DNA from: Candidatus Oxydemutatoraceae bacterium
GTDB lineage: Bacteria > Pseudomonadota > Gammaproteobacteria > Poriferisulfidales > Oxydemutatoraceae
Assembly (NCBI GenBank): GCA_965219575.1
Contig: OZ244779.1
Location: forward strand, 1,836,769 to 1,900,768
Reading direction: 5' to 3'
Length of the DNA: 64,000 nucleotides
Shown: positions 20,725-34,410 of the stretch, one piece after another
Position numbering within the stretch: the stretch's first letter is position 1
How the letters are laid out: the number at the start of each line of letters is the position of its first letter
Notes under the pieces: generated by a model
Seen by the model: only the letters and a program-made list of their open reading frames with translations
Database searches by the model: none
What the model was told of the DNA's origin: nothing
Position numbers and translations under genes: made by a program

Positions 20725-21522
20725 ATGGAGGTACAAGAGTATTCAATAGATAAGGAACCACTCTATCTGAGTAGTGCCGACGAAATAGAGGTCTACACCA
20801 AAGCCTCTGCCAATAAATTGCCGGTATTGCTCAAAGGACCTACCGGTTGCGGTAAAACACGCTTTATAGAATATATGGCATGGCGACTTGAAAAACCTCT
20901 GATTACCGTCTCGTGTCACGACGATCTGAGCACATCCGATTTAGTCGGTCGCTATCTACTCAAAGACAACGAAACAACTTGGATAGACGGCCCGCTTACT
21001 CGCGCAGTGCGCTACGGCTGTATTTGCTACTTGGACGAAATCGTAGAAGCACGCAAGGATACCACCGTCGTAATCCATCCTTTGTGCGACGACAGGCGCC
21101 TGTTGGCTATAGAAAAGCGCGGCGAACTGATCTCCGCCGACGATAATTTCTGTATGACGGTCTCTTACAACCCCGGCTATCAGAGTGTACTGAAAAATCT
21201 TAAACAAAGTACGCGGCAACGGTTTGTGGCAATAGAATTCAATTATCCGAACTCCGAAATAGAGCAGGAAATTTTATGCAAGGAAACCGGCATAGATGGC
21301 GAAACGGCAAAAAATTTAGTCCGATTCGCAGAGATGACACGTAATCTGAAAGGCAACGGCTTAGACGAAGGTGCCAGCACTCGCCTTTTGGTGCATACCG
21401 CAAAACTCATTGTGGCGGGCATCGCTGCACCTTCGGCGGTGCAACACTGCATCAGTTATGCCTTAAGCGACGACCCCCATATCTTAAGATCCATAGAGGA
21501 ACTAAGCTCCTCGGTTTTCTGA
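20725..21522 (+). CDS. cbbQ: CbbQ/NirQ/NorQ-family MoxR AAA+ ATPase
   Basis: KGPTGCGKTRF, YLDEIVEAR, SYNPGYQ, STRLL. Confidence 0.88.
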   Translation: MEVQEYSIDKEPLYLSSADEIEVYTKASANKLPVLLKGPTGCGKTRFIEYMAWRLEKPLITVSCHDDLSTSDLVGRYLLKDNETTWIDGPLTRAVRYGCICYLDEIVEARKDTTVVIHPLCDDRRLLAIEKRGELISADDNFCMTVSYNPGYQSVLKNLKQSTRQRFVAIEFNYPNSEIEQEILCKETGIDGETAKNLVRFAEMTRNLKGNGLDEGASTRLLVHTAKLIVAGIAAPSAVQHCISYALSDDPHILRSIEELSSSVF

Positions 21523-21548
21523 ATCGGCGGTAGCGAAGGTTTCGGTAA

Positions 21549-22775
21549 TTATCGGATAGTGCTTAAAATTCCGTTGCACACCGTCTCGGCGGTTGCCATT
21601 GCCGCAGTCCAGCCTAAAGTGCCGTGCCCGGTATTCAACCATAAACGTCGATGATATGGATTCCCCACATAGGGCAAGTTAGAGGGAGTCGCCGGACGCA
21701 ACCCCGCCCATTCGGTATATCGATTTAACGAAATCTCGGGCATATGGGTGTTCACCCATTGTTTGAGATATGCGACACGGTTCGGATTGATATCGGCATC
21801 GTAGCCGTCAAGTTCGGCGATACCTGCGATACGCAATTTTTGTCCCAAGCGGCTGGCAACGAGTTTGTATTGATCGTCGACCAACGAGACTTTAGGCGCA
21901 TGTGATCTCGATCCGGCATCGCTTAAATCGATGGTGATCGAATAACCTTTGAGTGGATAAATGTTCAGAGATATACCTACTTTTTTTAATAGCATCGGCG
22001 AATGAGCACCCAAACAACACACGGTATGATCGGTAGCAAAGTCGCCTCGATCGCTCTGCACGATAACTTCTCCGGACTTCAATTTGAGGTTTCGCACGCA
22101 AGTGTTATATAAGAATTTTACCCCTTGCGCTCTGCACAGTCGTTCCAGTTCCAAGCAGAAAAGTCTAGCGTCTCCGGTTGCGTCTTCCGGGCTATAGAAA
22201 CCGCCGACGATATTCTCGGAACGAGACTTCAATGCCGGTTCTATTTCTACAATCCGGTCTTTATCGACGGTCTGTCTTATATTCGGTGAAACCCGCCTCA
22301 GCAAAGCCGTTTGACGGGTGGCGATTTTATAAGCGGCGTCATCGACATAGAAATGTAATATCCCTTTTTTTGAAAAATCAAAGTTAATATCGACCTGCTC
22401 GAGTAATCGATAATATAATTCTCGGGAGCGCACACAAATCTCCGCTAAGCGACTCAGATTCGATTCGAAGACCGTGCGGCGGCAATTACGAATAAAGTGA
22501 TAGATCCAACACCATTCGTCCCACGACAAATGCGCCTTAAAAAACAAACCACCTTGTTGCTTGAATAGACTTTTGAATAAATAAGTAAAAGCCGACGAAT
22601 GTGCAATCGGTATTGCATTGCTGACCGACAACTGCGCACCGTTGGCATAACTTGCCCCCAGTGCAGGCTGGGCTTCTCGATCTACGACCGACACATCGAA
22701 ACCTCGAAGGCTCAAACTATAAGCAGTGGTCAGTCCGGCAACACCTGCCCCTAAAACACAAATACGCATATTCAA
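21549..22775 (-). CDS. dadA: D-amino acid dehydrogenase
   Basis: GAGVAG, ASYANGAQLS, YPLKGYS, WAGLRP, NTGHGTLGWT. Confidence 0.88.
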   Translation of the reverse strand: MNMRICVLGAGVAGLTTAYSLSLRGFDVSVVDREAQPALGASYANGAQLSVSNAIPIAHSSAFTYLFKSLFKQQGGLFFKAHLSWDEWCWIYHFIRNCRRTVFESNLSRLAEICVRSRELYYRLLEQVDINFDFSKKGILHFYVDDAAYKIATRQTALLRRVSPNIRQTVDKDRIVEIEPALKSRSENIVGGFYSPEDATGDARLFCLELERLCRAQGVKFLYNTCVRNLKLKSGEVIVQSDRGDFATDHTVCCLGAHSPMLLKKVGISLNIYPLKGYSITIDLSDAGSRSHAPKVSLVDDQYKLVASRLGQKLRIAGIAELDGYDADINPNRVAYLKQWVNTHMPEISLNRYTEWAGLRPATPSNLPYVGNPYHRRLWLNTGHGTLGWTAAMATAETVCNGILSTIR

Positions 22776-22850
22776 TTCATCCGGTATTATGGAAATTTAT
22801 ATAAGTAAACCTATGAGTTCACCTTACAATCCTATTATAATTATAAGGTA

Positions 22851-24224
22851 ATGAATAAAGATAAAGTAATTTCTATCGAAGCCCTTTATCGATTGCATCT
22901 AAAAAAATATGATTATCGAGTAGATCCTGCACAGCTAAAGATCGTCGCTCATCTACAAACTATATCGGATCAACTGAATACCCCGGCACCGAAAAAAACC
23001 TGGGCAAGCCGGCTGAAGTCTAAAAATAATCGCCGTCTCTCGGAAACTCGGCCTATCCGAGGGCTTTATTTAAGGAATTATATACTTAAATACATAACTG
23101 ATCAATGAAAGCTATATAAATCAGGGGTTATTTAAGGTTTTATTTATTTTAATTTTGTGACACAATGATACATAAATAACCTATGGAGATAAAAAGAGGT
23201 GTTGCTAAAGCCTACCCTGATCGCACAAAGCATTAGAACAAAAACCCCACAAATAAGGAACTAAATACTCGCTTTAAGCTAGAGAAGCGAGAGTGATTTA
23301 TGTATTTAAGTATATAATTCCCTTTATTTATGGGGCGGCGTCGGCAGAGGTAAGACCTATATGCTCGATTTTTTCTACGAAGTGTTGTCGGTCGATAAAA
23401 AACGACGGCTTCATTATTACCAATTCATGCAGGAGGTTCACGATTCTCTGAAAAAATTAACGAAGCAAAAAAATCCTTTGAGAATTATTGCCGAAGACTT
23501 GGCCGGTCGAGTGCGGGTATTATTCTTGGACGAGTTTTTTGTATCCGACATCACCGATGCAATGATCCTTTATCGCTTACTTGCCGCTTTATTCGAATGT
23601 CAAATCGTGCTCCTCACTACCTCTAATTTTGCGCCCGAAGACTTATATAAAGACGGTTTGCAGCGTGCGCGTTTTTTGCCGGCCATTGCGTTGATAGAGC
23701 GTCATACCGAAGTCGTGGCAATGCAGACAGGTGTTGATTATCGCTCGCTACATATCAAAAATTCCGGTAGCTATCATGTGCCTTACAACGAACGATCGGA
23801 GGCTTTAATGAGACAGTGTTTCACTGCGCTCGATTGCGGAAATGCCGATAGCAATCGCTCTATAGAGATAAACGATCGCAACATCAAGGTGGTGATGCGC
23901 GCACCCGATGTCGTTTGGTTCGAGTTCGAAGAGCTTTGTCAAACACCGCGCTCGGTAGCCGACTATATTATGATCGCACGCCTCTACCATACCGTTTTAA
24001 TATCCGGAGTTCCGATATTCAACCACCGAGACGATGCGGCTCGCCGCTTCATACAACTGGTCGACGAGTTCTACGATAAAAATGTAATCCTGGTGCTATC
24101 GGCACAAGCGCAGGCTCGCGAGCTATATCGAGCAGGTCGTTTGAGATTTGAGTTCGATAGAACCGTTAGCCGACTCTTGGAAATGCAAAGTTTGAAATAC
24201 TGGTCTAATGCCCGCACCCGATAG
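22851..24224 (+). pseudogene. zapE: ZapE (AFG1-family ATPase) interrupted by a MITE
   Basis: Removing 23073-23330 rejoins ...IRGLYL|WGGVGRGKTYMLD (Walker A); downstream FLDEF, TSNFAP, RTVSRL; the insert introduces stops. Confidence 0.9.
23073..23322. mobile_element. 250-bp MITE with IS1595-like ends
   Basis: 25-bp TIRs (A/G)GGAATTATATACTTAAATACATAA (24/25 match); perfect 8-bp direct repeat TTTATTTA at 23065-23072 and 23323-23330. Confidence 0.92.
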
Positions 24225-24235
24225 CGGTGTCGTAT

Positions 24236-25186
24236 TCATAGGCACTTGCCCAGTGATGTATCTTTGATGATTTGTTTTGCAATGTGCTCGGGTGAAACCG
24301 TATCGACCGCATAGCGCGTGATAATCGGCAGCCTTCGCATCCAGGTTAGCTGCCGCTTGGCAAATTGGCGGCTTGCAGCCAATGCGGTCCGCACCATCTC
24401 GGAGTAGCCGTAATTCCCGGTTAAATGTTGCCATACTTGGCGATATGCGATCGCTCGCATCGAGGCACTGTGCTCGTCTAAATCTCCTCTTAACATCAAC
24501 GCTGCGACCTCGTCGATTAAACCTCGCTCCAACATATCGTTTAGACGTTGTTCTATACGCCGGTGCATCGTTGTGCGCTCGTCGAAATCGAGTGCGATAT
24601 AGTGTATTGCCCCCGTAGATGTTTCGGGCGGTTGCATTCGGTAGTGGCTCATCGTCCGTTTGCTCTCCGAATAAACACTCAGTGCTCTCAATATACGCTG
24701 CTTATCCTTGGGGTGAATACGAGTTGCGGTTGCCGGATCTATACTTTGTAATTCCTTATATAAATTCTCGGTAGTCTTATGACGTTCTAAAAGTTCTGCT
24801 CGGGTTTCGGGACGAGTTTCGGGCATCGGCGACAAGCCGTTTGCCAATATATTGAAATAAAACATCGTACCACCGACCAGTAGCGGAATACGGCGGCGAC
24901 GGCATATTCGTTTGATTGCACCGAGGGCATCTTTTCTAAATCGTGCAGCGGAATAATATTCGTCGGGTTCTATGATATCTATTAAGTGGTGAGGTATGCG
25001 GGTGCGTATCTGCGCCTCGGGCTTCGCCGTTCCTATATCCATGGTCTTATAAACCAATGCCGAATCGACGCTGACAATCTCGACGGGAAGCCGCTTTGCA
25101 ATCTCGATCGCAACCGTACTTTTACCGCCTGCGGTAGGGCCGACCAAACATATTAGCTCATCGTGTGCATCACCCGGTGCTTGCAT
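24236..25186 (-). CDS. miaA: tRNA dimethylallyltransferase
   Basis: GPTAGGKS, DSALVY, DIGTAKP, VGGTMFY, AKRQLTW. Confidence 0.96.
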   Translation of the reverse strand: MQAPGDAHDELICLVGPTAGGKSTVAIEIAKRLPVEIVSVDSALVYKTMDIGTAKPEAQIRTRIPHHLIDIIEPDEYYSAARFRKDALGAIKRICRRRRIPLLVGGTMFYFNILANGLSPMPETRPETRAELLERHKTTENLYKELQSIDPATATRIHPKDKQRILRALSVYSESKRTMSHYRMQPPETSTGAIHYIALDFDERTTMHRRIEQRLNDMLERGLIDEVAALMLRGDLDEHSASMRAIAYRQVWQHLTGNYGYSEMVRTALAASRQFAKRQLTWMRRLPIITRYAVDTVSPEHIAKQIIKDTSLGKCL

Positions 25187-25195
25187 CTGCGGTAT

Positions 25196-27025
25196 TTATT
25201 GCCCTCTCTTAAATAGTTTATCCAAGTGTTTTATGCTCAGTTGCAACCACGTAGGGCGACCATGGTTGCATTGACCGCTACGCTCGGTTGATTCTATATC
25301 GCGCAATATCACATTCATCTCGTCCAAGGATAATTTACGGTTGGCACGCACCGCACCACCGTGGCAAGCCATCGCAGATAATACATCGTCGATACGATCT
25401 TCTATACGCCGAGACGAGTCGTTGTGCATAAAATCGGCCAATACATCGAGCAATAATCGGCTGAGATCAATTTCTTTTAACAACGAAGGCACTCGCCTAA
25501 TTCTCAGTCTACACAAGCCGATACGTTCTACGCTCAAACCGATTTTTTCCAATGTCTCGGTATGCAGTTCGCATAGGTCGGCTTCCCTTTCACTTACTTC
25601 CAAGGTTTCCGGAACGAGCAGAGGCTGCGAGTGTATGCCTTGCTTTTGATAGGCTTCTTTGAGACGCTCGTAGACTATACGCTCGTGTGCGGCGTGCATA
25701 TCGACTATCACAAAACCGTCGGCATTTTGTGCGATGATGTAAATACCGTGCACTTGGCAAACCGCCTCACCCAGAGGTAGCATTGCTTGATTTTCGATAG
25801 TCGGGGCGGAAGACTCGGTCTGCGTATAGCCGGTCATCGGTTGGATACGCTCGGTGACTTGCTTATAAAAATCCCGACCCGATTGATCGCCACCTCGTCT
25901 ACCCACGAATAAGTTTAGGTGCGGCTGCCCGGCCTTTTTAACCGTCGCTTTATGCAAAAAGTTATCGTTTTGCAATGTGCCTTGGTACTCGGCTAAATTC
26001 GGTACCGTCTCGGGTGATATTCGGGCAAGTGCGCGTTGGGTGGCAATACGCACAAAATCGTGTACCAATCTTTGGTCGTGAAAGCGTACTTCGTGTTTTG
26101 CAGGATGTACGTTTACGTCTACCTTAGTTGCAGCGATATCCAAATACAAAATATAACAAGGATGTCGGTCTTGATACAGTACATCGTTATACGCTCGACG
26201 CACCGCATGGGCGAGCGTCTTATCGCGCACGACCCGTCCGTTGACATAGCAATACTGCATATCGGGCTGACTACGCGCAATGGTCGGTAATCCGAACCAA
26301 CCGGAAATTGCCAGGTCTTCTATACTTTCCGAAAACCGGATATTTTGTTCGGCAAAAGCCTTACCGAGTATTTTTTTCAAACGCGAGTGTAATTCGGTCT
26401 TACTCTCGGTCTTAGGAAAATGGAATATCGTTTTACCGTTATGCTCGAGTACGAGTTCGACATCATGGCGCACAAGTGCAATGCGGTACAGAAACTGCTG
26501 TATATGAGAAAATTCGGTGCGTTCGGTTTTGAGAAACTTTCGTCTCGCCGGTATATTAAAAAACAAATCCTCGACCGTCACCGTCGTGCCCTTACTGTGT
26601 GCCGTAGGGACGACCTGGTCGGCGGTAGCGTCCCCTCCGTCGACCACGATTTGATGTCCGTGTTCTTTCTCGGATGTATTGGAACTTAATGTCAGACGCG
26701 ACACCGAGGCAATACTCGGTAAGGCTTCGCCTCTAAATCCAAACTGCTTGATCGCCATTAAATCTTCTACACCGGAAATTTTGCTGGTTGCATGGCGCGA
26801 CAGTGCCAATGTCAACTGCTCGGCGGGAATACCGTCTCCGTTATCGCCGACTTCTATAGACTTAGAACCGCCGCGCTCTATTTTAACCACAATCCGATTC
26901 GCGTCGGCATCCAAACTGTTTTCTACCAATTCTTTGACAATGGATACCGGACGTTCTATTACTTCGCCGGCGGCGATTTGATTGACGAGCTGAGACGGTA
27001 AAACTTTGATAGTACTTAGAACCAT
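25196..27025 (-). CDS. mutL: DNA mismatch repair protein MutL
   Basis: NQIAAGEVIERP, GFRGEAL, DMHAAHERIVYE, CNHGRP. Confidence 0.97.
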   Translation of the reverse strand: MVLSTIKVLPSQLVNQIAAGEVIERPVSIVKELVENSLDADANRIVVKIERGGSKSIEVGDNGDGIPAEQLTLALSRHATSKISGVEDLMAIKQFGFRGEALPSIASVSRLTLSSNTSEKEHGHQIVVDGGDATADQVVPTAHSKGTTVTVEDLFFNIPARRKFLKTERTEFSHIQQFLYRIALVRHDVELVLEHNGKTIFHFPKTESKTELHSRLKKILGKAFAEQNIRFSESIEDLAISGWFGLPTIARSQPDMQYCYVNGRVVRDKTLAHAVRRAYNDVLYQDRHPCYILYLDIAATKVDVNVHPAKHEVRFHDQRLVHDFVRIATQRALARISPETVPNLAEYQGTLQNDNFLHKATVKKAGQPHLNLFVGRRGGDQSGRDFYKQVTERIQPMTGYTQTESSAPTIENQAMLPLGEAVCQVHGIYIIAQNADGFVIVDMHAAHERIVYERLKEAYQKQGIHSQPLLVPETLEVSEREADLCELHTETLEKIGLSVERIGLCRLRIRRVPSLLKEIDLSRLLLDVLADFMHNDSSRRIEDRIDDVLSAMACHGGAVRANRKLSLDEMNVILRDIESTERSGQCNHGRPTWLQLSIKHLDKLFKRGQ

Positions 27026-27077
27026 AAGATTACCTTAATAGAATATAATGTAGCTCACACTAACTGCTAAATTATAC

Positions 27078-27905
27078 ATGAATATCACCCGAATTTATCC
27101 CGAACATGAAAAATACGAATGGTCTCGAGGCATCTATTTGGACGACCCGTTCTTATCCGATAGCGATAGCCCCATCGTTTATTCCAACTTCTTGACCAGT
27201 TTGGACGGGCGTATTGCGATAGCCGAAGACAAACCGATGTTGCTACCGGAACAACTTACCAGCAATACCGATCATCGATTGTTCTTGGAATTGCAAGCAC
27301 AAGCCGATTGCCTCATTACCCACGGTGGTTATCTACGCGCATTAGCGGCGGGACATCTGAACAACATCTTGCATATCGGGCACACCGAAGCACATGCCGA
27401 TCTAGCCGACTGGCGTTCGCAACGAGGCTTATCCGAACAGCCGCTCGTCGTTGTCTGTAGCAATACGCTCGAGTTCCCCATGCCGGCCGGCCTAGCTAAA
27501 AAAAATATCTGGATTGCAACGAGCGATAACGGCAACGAACGACGAATTCGAACATGGAAAAAACAAGGTTATAAAGTCGTCGTTGCCGGTAGACGGCGTG
27601 TCGAAGGGGGGGCAATCACAAAACAATTAATCCAAGCCGGCTACCGTCGCCTGTATCTATGCGCAGGACCGGAATTACTCGAGTCGTGCCTGAGCGATCG
27701 CTGCCTTACATTACACTATATGACGCTGTCTATGCAGTTTGTAGGATGCTCGGAGTTCTTGACGATGATCGCAGGTCATTCGGACTTAAAACACTACCGC
27801 TTGCAACTGATGCGGCTGATATTAAACGAAAACCCCATAGCAGAGAGTAATTCGGATGTAGATCAGCTTTATCTAACGTTTAAGGTTCGCTATCTTGAAC
27901 CTTAA
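27078..27905 (+). CDS. RibD C-terminal / dihydrofolate-reductase-fold protein
   Basis: NFLTSLDGRIA, LFLELQAQADCLITHGGYLR motifs. Confidence 0.75.
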   Translation: MNITRIYPEHEKYEWSRGIYLDDPFLSDSDSPIVYSNFLTSLDGRIAIAEDKPMLLPEQLTSNTDHRLFLELQAQADCLITHGGYLRALAAGHLNNILHIGHTEAHADLADWRSQRGLSEQPLVVVCSNTLEFPMPAGLAKKNIWIATSDNGNERRIRTWKKQGYKVVVAGRRRVEGGAITKQLIQAGYRRLYLCAGPELLESCLSDRCLTLHYMTLSMQFVGCSEFLTMIAGHSDLKHYRLQLMRLILNENPIAESNSDVDQLYLTFKVRYLEP

Positions 27906-27914
27906 CTTTGCTCA

Positions 27915-30451
<2,537 letters not shown>

Positions 30452-30572
30452 TTTTTTTCATAGTAGCTTACTGTCGCATACCGAACGCATAAGCAAATTA
30501 TAGCCTCAACTCTATATCGCAGCCATGAAAACTTTGATGGGTTGTCAAAAATGTAGATGATAGAATACGCAC

Positions 30573-31271
30573 ATGGAAGTCAATGCACAACAACAGGAAT
30601 TGGATAAGTTCGAATCGTCGGCGATGAGTTGGTGGGAACCCGAGGGTGTATTCAAAACACTGCATGTCATCAATCCGGTGCGCGCCGAGTATATCGCTAC
30701 ACGCACGCCCCTCAAAAATAAAAAGGTCTTGGATATAGGTTGCGGCGGTGGTTTGTTATGCGAAGCTATGGCACATAGAGAAGCCGAGGTGGTCGGTATC
30801 GATTTGGGCAAAGCCTCGCTCGAGACCGCTCGCTTGCATCTGCACGAATCCAAGCTGACTATCGATTACCGACATGCGAGTGCCGAGCAACACGCCGAAC
30901 AACGAATGGATTACTACGATATAGTCACCTGTATGGAACTTTTGGAACATGTACCCGATCCGCAATCCGTAGTTTCCGCTTGTATTCGCGCAGCCAAACC
31001 GGGCGGTGATGTGTTTTTCTCGACAATCAACCGTACATCGAAGGCTTATTTACTGGCAATCGTGGTGGCGGAATATTTGCTGAAACTACTTCCTAAAGGG
31101 ACACACGATTATCAAAAGTTAATCAAACCCTCGGAACTTGCAGCGATGGCGAAACAAAACAACGCAACTGTCTGCGATATCACGGGAATGCACTATTTAC
31201 CTTTTTTAGACAGAGCGGTTTTGGGGGACAGACCCGATGTCAACTACCTGATGCATTGTCGATGCCCCTGA
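30573..31271 (+). CDS. ubiG: Ubiquinone biosynthesis O-methyltransferase
   Basis: LHVINPVR, LDIGCGGG, ELLEHVPDP, FFSTINR, GTHDY. Confidence 0.96.
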   Translation: MEVNAQQQELDKFESSAMSWWEPEGVFKTLHVINPVRAEYIATRTPLKNKKVLDIGCGGGLLCEAMAHREAEVVGIDLGKASLETARLHLHESKLTIDYRHASAEQHAEQRMDYYDIVTCMELLEHVPDPQSVVSACIRAAKPGGDVFFSTINRTSKAYLLAIVVAEYLLKLLPKGTHDYQKLIKPSELAAMAKQNNATVCDITGMHYLPFLDRAVLGDRPDVNYLMHCRCP

Positions 31272-31936
31272 AATCTTTACACGCAATTCTATTTGATTTG
31301 GACGGCACGCTGATAGATACAGCCGGCGATTTAATCAAATCTCTAAACATTTTATTAGAAAAAAAGGGTCTCGCTGCCAGAAATATCGCAGCGATGCGAC
31401 CTCATGCCGGGCAAGGCAGCTACTCACTAATAAAAGCCGCTTTCGGTGATAGTTATGATGAGATCGAACGCGAGCAGCTGTCGTCGGAGTTTATAGAAAT
31501 CTATAGAACACACCTGCACGATACCGCGAGCTTATTCCCGGGAACAATCGCAACGATAGCAAAAATCAAAGACCGAGGAATGCAATGGGGAATTGTAACG
31601 AATAAATCCGAGCGTCTTTCGGTGCCGATATTGCAAAAACTAGGGCTATACGATTCTGCCGATTGTTTGGTCTACGGCGATACGACAGATCAAAAAAAAC
31701 CGCACCCTCGACCGTTGTTGTGCGCTGCGAGACAGCTCGATATACCTCCCCGACACTGTGCTTATTTGGGCGACACGCTAAACGACATGACTGCAGCAAT
31801 CAGTGCGGGCATGTGCGCGCTCGCAGTGTCCTACGGTTATCATGTCAAGGAAGTCGATATTTCCGAATGGGGCGCAGCAGCGATTTTTGATACGCTACCG
31901 GAACTCATCGATTGGATCGACCGTACTTTCTCTTAA
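31262..31936 (+). CDS. gph: HAD phosphatase (phosphoglycolate phosphatase/MupP-like)
   Basis: FDLDGTLIDT, VTNK, KKPHP, GDTLND; follows ubiG. Confidence 0.8.
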   Translation: MPLKSLHAILFDLDGTLIDTAGDLIKSLNILLEKKGLAARNIAAMRPHAGQGSYSLIKAAFGDSYDEIEREQLSSEFIEIYRTHLHDTASLFPGTIATIAKIKDRGMQWGIVTNKSERLSVPILQKLGLYDSADCLVYGDTTDQKKPHPRPLLCAARQLDIPPRHCAYLGDTLNDMTAAISAGMCALAVSYGYHVKEVDISEWGAAAIFDTLPELIDWIDRTFS

Positions 31937-32005
31937 GCCGGTAGCTCACTCAGGGCGATGTTTTACAGAACCTTAACGTGCGACTAAGGCAAACATTACC
32001 TTCAC

Positions 32006-32320
32006 TTACCGAAGTTGGATCAATATAACTTCGGTTTCAATGCCACCGTAGCCGTGTAGCGAGTCGTGCGCTCGCACTCGTACGCGTTCAATGGTTTCGG
32101 GAATCGATACGCCGGCTTTGGTGCGAGTGAAAGATTTTTCACCTACATGGGGATGCAACAGTACGCGGGTTGCCAATACCTCGCCGTTCGGTGCGATGAT
32201 TTCCCAACGATCGGCATAGTGATCCCAGCTTTCGTCTTCGTGTTGTACGGTGACACCGAAGGTATAAGTCCCGTCGGCGCAATGTTCCGCCGTCGCTTTT
32301 ATTACATCGGCATACGACAT
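32006..32320 (-). CDS. Conserved hypothetical protein
   Basis: WDHYADRW, RVLLHPHV, AHDSLHGYG look like conserved motifs; start re-placed at MSYAD. Confidence 0.65.
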   Translation of the reverse strand: MSYADVIKATAEHCADGTYTFGVTVQHEDESWDHYADRWEIIAPNGEVLATRVLLHPHVGEKSFTRTKAGVSIPETIERVRVRAHDSLHGYGGIETEVILIQLR

Positions 32321-32354
32321 CGTAATCCTTGTTTTTCTTGTTCGGCAAATAATC

Positions 32355-34382
32355 TCATCGATACGGCTTTTCTGTAGCACCGAATACTTGCGTTTTAACC
32401 AGCGCGGCTTGATCGCGCAGACGCGCAGCTTCCTCGAATTCCAGGTTTCTCGAACATGCGTACATCTGCTCTTCCAGCTTTTTGATTTTTTTAACCGCTT
32501 CATCGGGTGTCAGCGTATCGTAGTCAGCTATTTTTACTTCGGCGACTCGACGGCGTTTCTTATTACCGACTTGCTTTAGATGCGCACCCTCCATGACATC
32601 GGCAACTTTCTTTTGTATCCCTTGCGGAGAGATGCCGTGAAGTTTATTAAATTCTCGCTGCTTGTCGCGGCGACGCTTGGTCTCTACCAGAGCCGCTTTC
32701 ATCGAACGGGTGATTTTATCGGCGTAGAGTATCGCCGTCCCGTTGATATGGCGGGCGGCGCGCCCGATGGTCTGCACCAAAGAAGTCTCGGAACGTAAAT
32801 AGCCCTCTTTATCTGCATCGAGTATCGCAACCAGAGAAACCTCCGGAATATCCAAACCTTCACGCAGTAGATTGATACCTACCAATACATCGAATATACC
32901 CAGCCTGAGATCGCGGATAATCTCTACGCGCTCGACGGTATCTACATCCGAATGTAGATAGCGCACCCGTACATCGTGTTCGCCCAAATAGTCGGTCAAG
33001 TCTTCCGCCATCCGTTTGGTCAGAGTGGTAATCAATACGCGTTCGTCGCGTGCCACCCGTTTATTAATTTCGGATAACACATCGTCTACCTGCGAAGTAA
33101 CCGGTCGGACATCGGTTTGAGGATCTATCAATCCGGTAGGTCGCACGACTTGCTCGGCAACGATACCGCTATGATCTTTTTCGTATTGCGCAGGAGTTGC
33201 CGAAACCAGTATCATCTGCGGGGCGAGTGCTTCGAATTCCTCGAACTTCAACGGGCGATTATCGAGTGCCGACGGCAACCTGAAACCGTATTCAACCAGA
33301 TTCTTTTTACGCGAATGATCACCCCTGTACATCCCCATAAACTGCGGTATCGAAACATGGCTCTCGTCCATTACCATCAACGCATTGTCGGGCAGATAAT
33401 CGAGCAGGCAGGGCGGTGGCTGTCCGGCACCGCGACCACTCAGGTAACGCGAATAATTCTCTATACCCGAGCAATAACCGAGCTCGTACATCATTTCTAC
33501 ATCGTAAATCGTGCGTTGTTCTAGACGTTGCGCCTCCACGAGCTTGTTGGAACGGGTCAATAAATCAAGTTGCGTGCGAAGTTCTACTTTAATTTGTTCT
33601 ATCGCATCGAGTATCGTTTGCCTAGGTGTCACATAGTGCGACTTGGGATAAATCGTCAAACGAGGCACGCTACCCAAAACTTCGCCGGTCAAAGGATCAA
33701 AGTAGCTTAACTTTTCTATTTCGTCGTCAAATAACTCTATGCGTACGGCTTCTCGCTCGGATTCCGCGGGGTGCACGTCGATTACATCGCCGCGCACCCT
33801 AAAACAACCGCGTCTGAGTTCTATATCGTTGCGCGTATATTGTAGTTCGGCTAAGCGTTTTAGGATTTTTCGTTGAGTGATCGCATCGCCTCTATCTAAA
33901 TGGATAACCATATGCAGGTATTTTTTAGGATCACCCAAACCGTAAATCGCCGATACCGTGCCGACGATTACCGTGTCGGCGCGTTCGAACAGTGCTTTGG
34001 TCGCCGATAGCCGCATCTGCTCTATATGATCGTTGACCGACGCATCCTTTTCTATATAGGTGTCGCTACTCGGTACATAAGCCTCGGGTTGATAGTAGTC
34101 GTAATACGAAACGAAATATTCCACTGCGGCATCCGGGAAAAAATCTTTTAACTCACCGTAGAGCTGTGCTGCCAAAGTCTTATTGGGAGCGAGTACTATC
34201 GTCGGGCGTTGCACTCGCTCTATGACATTTGCGATGGTAAAGGTTTTGCCCGAACCGGTCACACCGAGCAGTGTCAAATGAGATAAACCGTCTTTCAAAC
34301 CTCGGATCAATTCTTTTATAGCCTGTGGCTGATCGCCCGAGGGCATATAGCTACTTTTCAGCTTAAAGGTTTTTTCAAGCAT
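32355..34382 (-). CDS. uvrB: Excinuclease ABC subunit B
   Basis: [33 protein letters not shown]-terminal UVR domain. Confidence 0.98.
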   Translation of the reverse strand: MLEKTFKLKSSYMPSGDQPQAIKELIRGLKDGLSHLTLLGVTGSGKTFTIANVIERVQRPTIVLAPNKTLAAQLYGELKDFFPDAAVEYFVSYYDYYQPEAYVPSSDTYIEKDASVNDHIEQMRLSATKALFERADTVIVGTVSAIYGLGDPKKYLHMVIHLDRGDAITQRKILKRLAELQYTRNDIELRRGCFRVRGDVIDVHPAESEREAVRIELFDDEIEKLSYFDPLTGEVLGSVPRLTIYPKSHYVTPRQTILDAIEQIKVELRTQLDLLTRSNKLVEAQRLEQRTIYDVEMMYELGYCSGIENYSRYLSGRGAGQPPPCLLDYLPDNALMVMDESHVSIPQFMGMYRGDHSRKKNLVEYGFRLPSALDNRPLKFEEFEALAPQMILVSATPAQYEKDHSGIVAEQVVRPTGLIDPQTDVRPVTSQVDDVLSEINKRVARDERVLITTLTKRMAEDLTDYLGEHDVRVRYLHSDVDTVERVEIIRDLRLGIFDVLVGINLLREGLDIPEVSLVAILDADKEGYLRSETSLVQTIGRAARHINGTAILYADKITRSMKAALVETKRRRDKQREFNKLHGISPQGIQKKVADVMEGAHLKQVGNKKRRRVAEVKIADYDTLTPDEAVKKIKKLEEQMYACSRNLEFEEAARLRDQAALVKTQVFGATEKPYR

Positions 34383-34410
34383 GAGCGTTTGTGTCTCTCC
34401 TACACTTTGT

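Noticed and set aside
23073-23322. Self-splicing intron or intein in zapE
   Set aside because: TIRs and an 8-bp duplication indicate DNA transposition; there are in-frame stops and no recognisable intron core.
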